A stretch of DNA of 64,000 bases, taken from positions 128,001-192,000 of the forward strand of contig JAXMNT010000002.1 of the NCBI GenBank assembly GCA_034670305.1, in the 5' to 3' direction. This stretch comes from Deltaproteobacteria bacterium (GTDB taxonomy: Bacteria > Myxococcota_A > Polyangia > Polyangiales > Houyiibacteriaceae). The position numbers were made by a program, and so were the translations under genes. Numbering within the stretch: the stretch's first letter is position 1; every line of letters begins with the position of its first letter. The notes under the pieces are model-generated. The model worked only from the letters and a program-made list of their open reading frames with translations. It was not told the origin of the DNA and ran no database searches. Shown here piece by piece: positions 46,015 through 55,130 of this stretch.

Positions 46015-46219
46015 TTGGTCCTCCGACATCGGAGGGACACTGTGCAAAGTTCGATCCCAACCACTTTTCTCAATGATTACAGACACTACCGCATGTCCAA
46101 ATTGGGGTTTCGCCCCCCCAGTCTGACCTTTGAGGGGGCTCTGGCCCCCTGGTTTTCCTCCATGTTTTTCGGGGGATCGGGGAACACGAACCGGCCCGAG
46201 ACCAGTGTACAGTCCCGCC

Positions 46220-48736
46220 ATGACGCGCCTGTTCCGCCACGCCCTCTCTGCAGTCCTCCTCGCCGCTTCGGTCGGCTGCGGTCCCGCCATCACGGTCCAC
46301 CACCACGAACCAGAACGGCAGCCCGAACCCGTCGCGGCTTCACCGACGGTGTTCCCGGATGGATGGCAACCTGCGGCACCCCCGGTGCGCGACGGTGCGT
46401 CGGGCGCGCTCGGTGGACCGGTGCCCCGTGGCCTGCGCGGTCAGATCTGGTCGATCGAGTGGTCCCCGCACGGTGATGTCGTGGCGGTCACCACCAGTGA
46501 GAAGGAGGTTGCCCTCATCGACGTCCGGACCGGTGTGATCCGCGCCTACAAGCGGGTGATGGTGCGACGCGAAGACGTGGTGAACCTCGTCGGGTTCGAC
46601 CCGACCGGGACCCGGCTGGTGCTGCACGCGTACGACTACGAGCGTGGGCACATCGTCGTCTGGGACTTGCACGAAGACGAGTTCCACACCGTCCAGGTTC
46701 AGGAGTCCCAAGAAGCCCAGGAAGCGCCGTTCATCTGCGGCGCGGGGATCATCACGCAGGACGGAATCCACAACCGCTACATCCCGTTCGAGGGAGATGC
46801 CGGAAGTTTTCCCGTCGGGACTCCAGTGGGCATGCTGTCTCAGGGCACCCAGTGCTTGCTCCAGCGGGGCGGGGAGACGATGCGCGTGAGCGTGGCCGGC
46901 GAGACGCTTGGCACGTACGTCGGCAGCTTGCTCTCGGTGCACCCGACCGGCGCGGCGTTCATCGTCCGCGATGGCGAGACGTTGCACGTCCACCGCTCGG
47001 ACGGGACCGAGGTGGGTGCGATCCGAATCACGGACGGCACGTTGATGCGCGCGGACTGGACCCGCAGCGCGCTCTTCTTGGATGTGCGACCCGCCATCCC
47101 CGAGGCCGCGGTGGGCGAGACGCCCGGCGACCGGCCCGCACCCTACCGCGCCGAGTACGACAACACGCTCGCGGAAGTGGCGCGGTACGAAATCCCAGGC
47201 GACTCGTTCGGACTGGTCGGCCACGCGAGCCTCCACTCCGAGACCGCCGAAGGTCAGTTCACCGTGCGGCCGCTGACCCCGCTGGGCGAAGCCGCGTCCG
47301 AACCCACCCACCGACTTCTCGAGGCGTGGGCCGAGGACGAGGACGTGCCGTACGACGAGATGACCGGCGAAGAGATCCGAGTGGGGCGGTACACCGAAGG
47401 ACCTGCCGGAACCTTCTTGGTGGCGCGTGGCCGCGAGCTCTACTTCTTGAACCAGGCGTTCGAGATCGTCGGCACGAGCACGCCCGCGATGGGAGGCGAG
47501 AGTTCCATCTGGGGCACCCGCGACGATCCGAGTGGCGGTTATACCTGGGCGCGCGCGGGCACCGAGTACTGGGGTCCCGAAGGCGCGGTGCGGTTCACAT
47601 GCGACCAAGGAAACCCGCTCGAGGTGGAAGGCCTGCGCGCGTGGGCGAACGACTACCAGCTGTGCGTCGATGGCCGCGAGCCACGCCGCCTGCAATCCGG
47701 CGCGGAGAACGTGGAGCGCCGCATCATCGGCACCCGCGACAACGATCTGCTCGTCGCCAACATCGGTGCCGCCGACCCGCCGTCGATTCAGATCTGGGAT
47801 CCTGTGCGGTGGCGGGCCAAGCGCACCATCCTGTTGCCGCCGGGCACCACCGTCGAGTGCTACGACGACTACTGCCCGCTGCGGTACTTCCCCCTCGGTC
47901 GGGGCGGGCTCGTCGTCGATGACAACCAGGCGTACTGGGATAGTGGACGCGGCCGATTGCAGGTGCGGGAAAACCTGCCCATCAACAACATTCAAGCGAG
48001 GCCCACCGTCATCCTGATGGGCGGTCACGGCTTCTCGTTGCTGGATGCGCGCGGCCGGGTCGCGATGCAGCACGACGACGCGTCGATGCCCGTGCTCTCC
48101 GCCGATGGCTCGACGGTCGCCTACTGGGACAGCACCGCCTCCCAGGCCGTGGTCGCCGCGGTACCCGGCGGAGAGATGCGCATGCAAGCGACCCTCGCGG
48201 AAGGGGAACCGGTCCGCATCCTGCTCGAGGGAGACCTCGTGGCCTTTCGTCACGAGCAACAGCAGGCCTGGACCATCTGGCATGTGCCCAGCAACTCGCA
48301 GCGGGTGCGGCTCGGGACCACGGACACGTTCGCGCTTCTCGGTGGCAGCCGGATCGCCGTTTGCAGCGACGACCAACTGACGCTTCGCAGCGGGCTCGAC
48401 GGTTCGGTGACCGATCAACTCGGGGGCTGTGCGCTCGCCGACGACTTGAGCACCATCGAGAACGGCCATGTCCTCGTCGTGCGTTCGCGGACCCGCGCGA
48501 CGTTCGTTCGGTTGAGCGACGGTGCGCGGATCGAAGTCGGCAACGTCCGTGGCCCGAACCCTTCCGCGTTCGCGTTCCAGGGCGCGCGTGGGTGGCTCGA
48601 CGCCAACGCGGGCGCGTCGCTCCGATGGCGTGGTCCGGGGCCGATCGCGACCGCGACCATGGAAGAAGATCCCACGCCGCATCACGACCCGGACTTCTTG
48701 CGCGCGTTCTTCGCCCCGCCCCCGACCGGCGGGTGA
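46220..48736 (+). CDS. Large beta-propeller (WD40-like) lipoprotein
   Basis: Lipobox SVGC; IWSIEWSPHG, FDPTG, VWDL, IQIWD, LSADG, WTIW beta-rich repeats. Confidence 0.7.
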   Translation: MTRLFRHALSAVLLAASVGCGPAITVHHHEPERQPEPVAASPTVFPDGWQPAAPPVRDGASGALGGPVPRGLRGQIWSIEWSPHGDVVAVTTSEKEVALIDVRTGVIRAYKRVMVRREDVVNLVGFDPTGTRLVLHAYDYERGHIVVWDLHEDEFHTVQVQESQEAQEAPFICGAGIITQDGIHNRYIPFEGDAGSFPVGTPVGMLSQGTQCLLQRGGETMRVSVAGETLGTYVGSLLSVHPTGAAFIVRDGETLHVHRSDGTEVGAIRITDGTLMRADWTRSALFLDVRPAIPEAAVGETPGDRPAPYRAEYDNTLAEVARYEIPGDSFGLVGHASLHSETAEGQFTVRPLTPLGEAASEPTHRLLEAWAEDEDVPYDEMTGEEIRVGRYTEGPAGTFLVARGRELYFLNQAFEIVGTSTPAMGGESSIWGTRDDPSGGYTWARAGTEYWGPEGAVRFTCDQGNPLEVEGLRAWANDYQLCVDGREPRRLQSGAENVERRIIGTRDNDLLVANIGAADPPSIQIWDPVRWRAKRTILLPPGTTVECYDDYCPLRYFPLGRGGLVVDDNQAYWDSGRGRLQVRENLPINNIQARPTVILMGGHGFSLLDARGRVAMQHDDASMPVLSADGSTVAYWDSTASQAVVAAVPGGEMRMQATLAEGEPVRILLEGDLVAFRHEQQQAWTIWHVPSNSQRVRLGTTDTFALLGGSRIAVCSDDQLTLRSGLDGSVTDQLGGCALADDLSTIENGHVLVVRSRTRATFVRLSDGARIEVGNVRGPNPSAFAFQGARGWLDANAGASLRWRGPGPIATATMEEDPTPHHDPDFLRAFFAPPPTGG

Positions 48737-49887
48737 CCCCCACCCTCTCCAAGGAGGACGCACGCCGGAAGTTGCTGTCTCACCTCCGGCTGGCGACGTC
48801 GGAACCTGGAAGCGACGACGCGATCCGGGCGCTGCTCAAACACCTCCGATGCATCCAGCTCGATCCGCTCGACACGCTCGGCACCAATGCGGATCTCGTG
48901 GTGATGGCGCGCCTCACGGACGTGGCGCGCGGCGATGTGTACCGCGCGCTCGAGGCGCCCCACGCGTTCGAACACTTCGCCAAGGAGCGGTGCCTGCTGC
49001 CGGCGGACTCGTTCCCGTTCTACCGGCAGCAAGCGACACGCACCCCGCACTGGCGCACCGCAGAGCGTCACCGAGCGGTCCCAGAGAGTGTCCTCGACTC
49101 CGTACTCGACGAGGTGCGGCGGCGCGGACCGCTGGGCAGTGCGGACCTGACCGAGCGCGGACACATCGCGCAAGCCGGTCCGGTAGGCTGGAAGAGCACG
49201 CGCCGGATCGCAGCGCTCGCGCTCTACGTGTTGTGGGTGCAGTGCCGGGTGACCGTCGTTCGCCGGACCGGCCGCGGCAAACTCTACGACGTGCCGGAGC
49301 GCGCGTTGCCGGATCCGGAACCACGGGAGGGGTACGACCGCTGGGGCGTGCTCGAGCGCGTGGCGGCCGCGGGGTTGCTCGCTCGATCGACCGGACCGAC
49401 CTGGTCGATGTTGAAGGCGCAGCGGCAGACGACGGTCGACGCGATGTTGTCCGATGGGTCGCTTCGAGAAGTCCGCGTCGAAGGATCGTCGCGTCCCTTC
49501 CTGACCACCGAAGCGTTCCTCGAACAAGCCGTCGAACCCATGGACGACGACCTGCGGATCCTCGCGCCGCTCGACCCGCTCCTGTGGGACCGAAAGCTCG
49601 TCTCCCAAATCTTCGACTTCGACTACGTGTGGGAGGTCTACAAACCCGCCGCGAAACGTTCCTACGGCTGGTACGTCGTGCCGCTCTTGCACCACGGAGC
49701 GCTCGTCGCGCGCCTGCAAGGCCACGTGGACCGCAGCACCGAGAGCGCGACCTTGGTCATCGACGACGTGTGGCCCGAGTCGGAACGTTCGGTCGACCTA
49801 CCCGCGCTCGACCACTGCCTCGCCGACCACGCCGCACGCCTCGGCTGCAGCCACTTCACCCGCCCGCACCCAGACGACTTCGGCTAG
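48733..49887 (+). CDS. YcaQ/AlkZ-family (HTH_42) DNA interstrand-crosslink glycosylase
   Basis: Catalytic-type QxD (IQLDPL); YDVPER; ILAPLDPLLWDR...FDFDYVWEVYKP..KR.YGWYV.P.L; GTGA overlap. Confidence 0.88.
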   Translation: MTPTLSKEDARRKLLSHLRLATSEPGSDDAIRALLKHLRCIQLDPLDTLGTNADLVVMARLTDVARGDVYRALEAPHAFEHFAKERCLLPADSFPFYRQQATRTPHWRTAERHRAVPESVLDSVLDEVRRRGPLGSADLTERGHIAQAGPVGWKSTRRIAALALYVLWVQCRVTVVRRTGRGKLYDVPERALPDPEPREGYDRWGVLERVAAAGLLARSTGPTWSMLKAQRQTTVDAMLSDGSLREVRVEGSSRPFLTTEAFLEQAVEPMDDDLRILAPLDPLLWDRKLVSQIFDFDYVWEVYKPAAKRSYGWYVVPLLHHGALVARLQGHVDRSTESATLVIDDVWPESERSVDLPALDHCLADHAARLGCSHFTRPHPDDFG

Positions 49888-49890
49888 CAA

Positions 49891-50045
49891 CGGACGGCTT
49901 CGGCTTCGGCTTTGGCTTCGGCGTCGGCTTCGGCTTCGGCATCGGCTTCGGCTTCGGCTTCGGCGTCGGCTTCGGCTTCGGATTCGGATTCGGCTTCGGG
50001 CTCAACCAACGAAGGGCAAGGGCACGGGCACGGGCACGGGCAAGG
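49891..50045. repeat. Composite hexamer repeat: (TTCGGC)n followed by (GGGCAA/GGGCAC)n
   Basis: Same two-part design as 20052-20208; five GGG runs at 50014-50040. Confidence 0.95.
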
Positions 50046-50073
50046 AACCCCTGGTTCTGCCGCGAGCGCTCTG

Positions 50074-51231
50074 TCAGACGAACGAGCCGTGGTAGCCGGC
50101 GTCTTCGATCGCGGTCGCGGCCGCGGTCTGCTCCAGCGGCGCGAACGTGTCCAGCATCACCGCCAGCTCGTTGGTCTCGCGGTGTCCGACCGAGCCTTCG
50201 TACGCACCCGGGTGTGGGCCATGCGTCACGCCCATCGGATGAAAACTCACCGAGCCCGGACCGACGCCACGGCGCGAGGTGAAGTTGCCGCGCACGTAGA
50301 AGAGCACTTCGTCGCAGTCGACGCTGGAGTGCGGGTACGGGCACGGGATCGACTCGGGATGAAAGTCGACCGCACGCGGTACGAACGAACAGATCAAGGC
50401 GCCGCGGGTCGCGAAGGTCCCGTGCCAGTCCGGCGGCAAGTGCACGAGTCCGGCGCGCGGCTGGAAGTTGAGAATCGGGAACACCCACGGGTACACGCTG
50501 CCGTCCCAGCCGACGACGTCGAGCGGTGAGTGGTCGCTCACGAACCCGTGAAAGCCGGTGCCGACACCAGCACGTTTGACGACGACGCTGCGGATCGCTT
50601 CGTCGCAGGGTCCATCGAACACCGGTCGGCGAAAGTCGCGATGGCAGTACGGCGCGTCCATCCGGAGTTGCCCGGTTTCGTTTCGCCACTTCGAGAGCAG
50701 GCCCATGCCGCCGAGACACTCGATGTGGAGCCAGTGCTGCGGTCCCTCGTTCGGAATGATGCGGTGGAGCACGCCCTTCGGAACGCAGACGTAGTCGTCG
50801 ACGCCGAACGGCAGATCACCGAACACGCTCCGCACGACGCCGCCGCCTTGAAACGCGAAGTACAGATCGTCGCCGTCGCCGTTGAGGAAGTAGACCGGAT
50901 CCGGTTCCGTCGGACGCAGGACGGACACGACGACGTCGCGGTTGAAGAGCAAGGGCACGCGCGCGTCGATCGGCGCACCGCCCGCGGCGCACCCGCCGGT
51001 GGTGTAGTGGCGTTTGCGCAGCTCACCGGACACGTCGGCCGTTGGTAGCGACCATCCGTGGGTGGTCGGTTCCGGCATCTGCGTCTGCGGACGGCCGAGG
51101 TGGTACAGGATGCTGTACGCCCCATCGAAGCCCTTGCGGGTGAGGCACTCCTCGCGGGTGAAGACCCCATCGACGACATGGCGGATGTGGTGCTTCGCGG
51201 GGATCGATCCCGCCTGCATGCGCTCGAGCAT
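50074..51231 (-). CDS. hmgA: Homogentisate 1,2-dioxygenase
   Basis: GF.G.YS.LYH, N.DGD.L.F, HSPLDVVGWDG, HLPP..H, SFVPR, PYPHS..D.DEVLFY, HGPHPG, ELAVM.DT; TGATG coupling with hppD. Confidence 0.95.
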   Translation of the reverse strand: MLERMQAGSIPAKHHIRHVVDGVFTREECLTRKGFDGAYSILYHLGRPQTQMPEPTTHGWSLPTADVSGELRKRHYTTGGCAAGGAPIDARVPLLFNRDVVVSVLRPTEPDPVYFLNGDGDDLYFAFQGGGVVRSVFGDLPFGVDDYVCVPKGVLHRIIPNEGPQHWLHIECLGGMGLLSKWRNETGQLRMDAPYCHRDFRRPVFDGPCDEAIRSVVVKRAGVGTGFHGFVSDHSPLDVVGWDGSVYPWVFPILNFQPRAGLVHLPPDWHGTFATRGALICSFVPRAVDFHPESIPCPYPHSSVDCDEVLFYVRGNFTSRRGVGPGSVSFHPMGVTHGPHPGAYEGSVGHRETNELAVMLDTFAPLEQTAAATAIEDAGYHGSFV

Positions 51232-52400
51232 CAGGCCTTGCCTGTCTGCTGCCGTTCGATGCTTTCGAAGAGCGCGCGGAAGTTGCCACCGCCGAACCCC
51301 TGGTCGCCCTTGCGCTGGATCACTTCGAAGAAGAACGGACCCGCTTCCGCTTCGTTGTAGGTGCCTGCGGAGTCCTGCAGGAAGATCTGCAGCAGGTAGC
51401 TGTGCTCCCCTTTGCCATCGACCAGGATCTCGAGTTCGCGCAGCACCTCGATGTCCTCGTCGATGCGCCCAATGCCGAGTTCGGCGATGCGGCCGGGCAA
51501 CATGTCGTAGTACTTGCCTGGCGTCGGATAGAACGAGACGCCCCGTTCGCGCAGCGCACGCACGGTGGGCACGATGTCCTTCACCGAGAGCGCCGCGTGC
51601 TGAATGCCATCGCCACGGTGATCTTCGGTGAAGAGCGCGATTTGCGAGCGCCGGAAGAAGGGCCGGAAGGGTTCGTTGTTGGCGAACTTCGCGTTGCTCT
51701 TCGGATCCCAGAACACCTTGGAGCGAAGACCGGAGCCGTCGGTGCTGTCGGGCGCGACGTCGTTGGTGTGAAACTCGATGCCCCAGAACGGCTCGAATCC
51801 CATCACATGCTGCATCCACAGCAGCGCCGGGCTCATGGTCTCGAAGTTGGACGTGACGTGGTCGATCTTGTCGAACCCGAACGCGTTCGTACCGCCTTTG
51901 GGCTCCGCGTGTCTCTTCATGCCCGGAATGAACATCGGGTCGCCGGACACGCGCTGAACGAAGCGGAACGTGCTGCTCCCGAACGGCGTCGTGATGGAGA
52001 ACGTGCGAAGCACGTTGTCGCCTTCTTCAAACGTCTGGATGTCCTGCATGGGGGTGCCGCCGCGGGCGTCGAGCACTCGGAAGGTGTGCTCGATGTCGGC
52101 CACTTCGAAGACCACGGTGCCGACTCCGTCCGGATGGCGCTTGAGCCAGCGCGCGGCGCGGCCACCCTCTCCAAGCGGTGCGCTGATGAGCAGCCGCACG
52201 TCGCCCGCCACGAAGAGCGCCGAGCGTTGTTTGCCGCGCTCCTCGAGCGCTTCCGAGCTGACCGACACTTCCGCGAAGTCGAGCTTGTCGGCGTAGAAGG
52301 TGCGCGAGCGTTCGAGGTCGTGCACGTAGTAGTGCAGCGCTTCCATGCGGACCAATCCAAGGGATTCTACGGACGATGCTTTCGAAGACTCCATGTGCAT
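51231..52400 (-). CDS. hppD: 4-hydroxyphenylpyruvate dioxygenase
   Basis: HPDGV, IDHV, GLRS, NNEP, SQI, GIQHAAL, YLLQIF, FFEVIQRKG..GFG.GNFRALFESIER. Confidence 0.96.
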   Translation of the reverse strand: MHMESSKASSVESLGLVRMEALHYYVHDLERSRTFYADKLDFAEVSVSSEALEERGKQRSALFVAGDVRLLISAPLGEGGRAARWLKRHPDGVGTVVFEVADIEHTFRVLDARGGTPMQDIQTFEEGDNVLRTFSITTPFGSSTFRFVQRVSGDPMFIPGMKRHAEPKGGTNAFGFDKIDHVTSNFETMSPALLWMQHVMGFEPFWGIEFHTNDVAPDSTDGSGLRSKVFWDPKSNAKFANNEPFRPFFRRSQIALFTEDHRGDGIQHAALSVKDIVPTVRALRERGVSFYPTPGKYYDMLPGRIAELGIGRIDEDIEVLRELEILVDGKGEHSYLLQIFLQDSAGTYNEAEAGPFFFEVIQRKGDQGFGGGNFRALFESIERQQTGKA

Positions 52401-52403
52401 TCC

Positions 52404-53054
52404 TCAGTCCTGCTCGGGGCAGTCGGGTTGACGGTCTGGGTGGGCCGCGATGAAGGCCGGCAGTTCGGCGCACGCTGCGGCGGCTCGAACGAGGGTCGGA
52501 AATGCGTTCAACTCGAGACCGAAACGCTCGGCGTTGTAGAGCTGAGGCACGAGGCATAGATCGGCGAGAGAGACTGTGTCGCCGACCAGGAACGTGCCGG
52601 CAGAAGTCGCGAGACGTTCCATCGAAGCGAGTCCTCGCGCGATGACCTCTTGGCCGTGCGCGCGCTTGTCCCCACCCAGCGACTCGACCATCTGGAGCGT
52701 CGCGAGGTTCTGCTGGGGCTGAATCCCGGAGTTGACGACCTCCGCCAGCTCCCGCGCTTTGGCGCGGGCCATCGGATCCGTGGGCAAGAGCGACTTCGGT
52801 CCGCGCTCGGACAACATCTCCAGGATCGCGAGGGACTGGGTCAGCCGCTGCGGTCCGTTTTCCGTCCACTCGAGCACCGGCACCTGACGCATCGGGTTGT
52901 GGTCCCGCTCGTAGGCTTCGGTGCGCTGCTCCCCGCCGTCGCGCACCAGATGGACCGCAACATACTCGTAGTCGATGCCCTGCAGTCCGAGCGCGATGCG
53001 CACGCGCCACGAACAGGAACTCCGCCAGTACGAGTAGAGCCGAACGTCTTTCAC
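52404..53054 (-). CDS. maiA: Maleylacetoacetate isomerase (GST zeta class)
   Basis: LYSYWRSSCSWRVRIAL, NP..QVP.L, QSLAI, GIQP.QNL, AD.CLVPQLYNA.RF, AHP..QPD; GTGA overlap. Confidence 0.96.
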   Translation of the reverse strand: MKDVRLYSYWRSSCSWRVRIALGLQGIDYEYVAVHLVRDGGEQRTEAYERDHNPMRQVPVLEWTENGPQRLTQSLAILEMLSERGPKSLLPTDPMARAKARELAEVVNSGIQPQQNLATLQMVESLGGDKRAHGQEVIARGLASMERLATSAGTFLVGDTVSLADLCLVPQLYNAERFGLELNAFPTLVRAAAACAELPAFIAAHPDRQPDCPEQD

Positions 53055-54025
53055 GCGCGCGCCACCTTCTGGTCGATGGTGCCGAAGAGGTTCTTGCCGG
53101 CCTCGTCCCGCATCTCGATCCGCACCCGGTCCCCATCTTCGAGGAACTGCGTGGTGGGTTTGCCGTCCTTGAGGATCTCTCGCATCCGCCGCTCGGCGAG
53201 GCAGGAGACGCCACGGGCTTCGTCTTGGTTGGAGACCGTGCCGCTTCCGAGAATCGTCCCGGCGGTGAACGCACGCGTCTTCGTGATGTGCTGGATCAGA
53301 TCGAAGAAGGAGAAGTGCATCTCCGGTCCCGCGTGCGGGTCGCCGGCGAGCTCGCCGTTCAGGTGCGACAGGAGCGGCAGGTGGACCCGGCCCTCCTTCC
53401 AGGCCGGTCCGAGTTCGTCCGGCGTGATCGCGAACGGTGCGAACGCCGTGGCGGGTTTGCTGTTGAAGAACCCGAAGTTCTTCTTCAACTCCGCCGGAAT
53501 GAGGTTCCGCAGCGTCACGTCGTTGCAGACCATCAAGAGCTTGATGTGCGACGCCGCTTCGGACGCCTTCACCCCGCGCGGCGTGTCCCCGAGGACGACG
53601 CAGATCTCCGCTTCGAAGTCGAGACCCCACGCTGGGTCCGGCAAGGGGATGTCTTCGGTCGGCGCGAGGAAGATGCCGCTGCCGCCCTGGTAGACGAGCG
53701 GGTCGGTTTCGAGCGTCTCGGGCGGCTCGGCGCCGCGGGCCTTCCGGACGAGCACGATGTGGTTGATGTACGCCGACCCATCGACCCACTCGTAGGCGCG
53801 CGGCAGCGGTGCGTGGAGCTTGGCGGGGTCGAGCGGTTCCCCCTCGGTCGAGTCCGCCAGCGCGGCTGCGATCGACTGCAGCTCCGGCTCGGTCTCTGCC
53901 CAACGGTCCAACGCCGCCTGCAGGGTGGGCGCCACCGTGTCCGCCCGCCGGTACCGGCTGCCGTCCGGGCTCACCACGACCAAGGATCCGTCTCTTCCAC
54001 CTTCACGAAGCGTCGCAAGTCGCAT
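53051..54025 (-). CDS. fahA: Fumarylacetoacetate hydrolase family protein
   Basis: PLPRAYEW.DGSAY, YQGGS, DFEAE, NDVTLRNL, SKP, GSGTVSN; first gene of the homogentisate operon. Confidence 0.9.
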   Translation of the reverse strand: MRLATLREGGRDGSLVVVSPDGSRYRRADTVAPTLQAALDRWAETEPELQSIAAALADSTEGEPLDPAKLHAPLPRAYEWVDGSAYINHIVLVRKARGAEPPETLETDPLVYQGGSGIFLAPTEDIPLPDPAWGLDFEAEICVVLGDTPRGVKASEAASHIKLLMVCNDVTLRNLIPAELKKNFGFFNSKPATAFAPFAITPDELGPAWKEGRVHLPLLSHLNGELAGDPHAGPEMHFSFFDLIQHITKTRAFTAGTILGSGTVSNQDEARGVSCLAERRMREILKDGKPTTQFLEDGDRVRIEMRDEAGKNLFGTIDQKVARA

Positions 54026-54172
54026 ACCGCCCCCATAGTGCCTAGGAACCCCTGTTTTCAAGGGTCGGCTCATGCGCGGCCCACATCCATGGGCACTGCG
54101 CGCCCGAGCCCCTGTGAATCCTCACGCAGAGGGGTCGAACTGCTACCCTGCGCGCGTGTGGAGAGGGCTGTG

Positions 54173-55039
54173 ATGGACGCGCGTCGAGACCACCCGCGGG
54201 CTGCCAAGCGGGTGTGCCTCTGGGGTGCGGGGCTCGTGTGCCTGGCAGCGTTCGGCCCCAGCGTCGGGCAGGCGCAACCGGAGGACGCCCCGGAGCTTCA
54301 GCTTCAGGCGGCGCGCGGTGCCTACCTCGAAGCCCAGTTCCCCGAGGCGCGTGACCTGCTTCGCGACCTGCTCGATCACGCGGAGCACCTGACCCGCAGC
54401 CGAATCATCGAAGCCCTCGCCCTCGAAGCGATGGTGCACTTTGCGATGCGCGACGAACCGGCCACGCGTCGGACGCTGCGACAACTTGCCGTCGTGGCAC
54501 CCGACCATCGTTGGAGCGAAGAAGCCCCTCCCCCGATCCGCGATCAGTGGACCCTCGAACGCACGCAAGTCGAAGAGCCGACGGTGGACGCGCACGCGGT
54601 CCGCCATGGAGCGCAAGTCCGGATCGAAGGGGCGGTCTCGGGCGATTTGGCGGGTCTGGTCGATCGCTGGGAGCTGCGCGCACGCGAAGGAACACAGCCA
54701 TGGCAAGTCGGATCGGATCCGCTTCTGGTCGAGTTCGAGAACCCGCACGCGGCGACGTACGAGGTCGAGCTCCGCGCGCTCGGACCTGGAGGCGTGGCGC
54801 TTCGAACCGTGTCGCGCCAACTTCAGGTGGTGTCGGATGCGGTGCTCGCAGTGGGCGCGGGTGGCGAGGTGGGCGCGACGGCGGACGCCGGCGAAGCGCG
54901 CACCCGAAGAAGACAGCGCTGGATCCTCTCGGCCGCCTCGGTGCTGCTCTTCTCGGCGGTCGTGGCCGGCGTCGCGATTCGGGTCTCCCGGATCCAGCCC
55001 AGCCCCTCCACCGAGCTTCAAGGACCCTTCTTCGAATGA
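54173..55039 (+). CDS. Exported TPR-like protein with C-terminal TM anchor
   Basis: Signal-like segment; A...Y.EA.F.EA..LL helix pair; Ig-like beta region; RRRQRW followed by a TM helix; precedes the kinase. Confidence 0.7.
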   Translation: MDARRDHPRAAKRVCLWGAGLVCLAAFGPSVGQAQPEDAPELQLQAARGAYLEAQFPEARDLLRDLLDHAEHLTRSRIIEALALEAMVHFAMRDEPATRRTLRQLAVVAPDHRWSEEAPPPIRDQWTLERTQVEEPTVDAHAVRHGAQVRIEGAVSGDLAGLVDRWELRAREGTQPWQVGSDPLLVEFENPHAATYEVELRALGPGGVALRTVSRQLQVVSDAVLAVGAGGEVGATADAGEARTRRRQRWILSAASVLLFSAVVAGVAIRVSRIQPSPSTELQGPFFE

Positions 55040-55130
55040 GGCTCCACTCCCGATCCTCTCTCCAGGAGCCCGGCGCTCGCACCTCCCCCCTCGCGCGGGA
55101 TTCCGGGTTCGGGGTCTGCGTGGGCACTCG

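Noticed and set aside
50074-54025. Novel pathway in the dioxygenase cluster
   Set aside because: Standard homogentisate route of tyrosine catabolism
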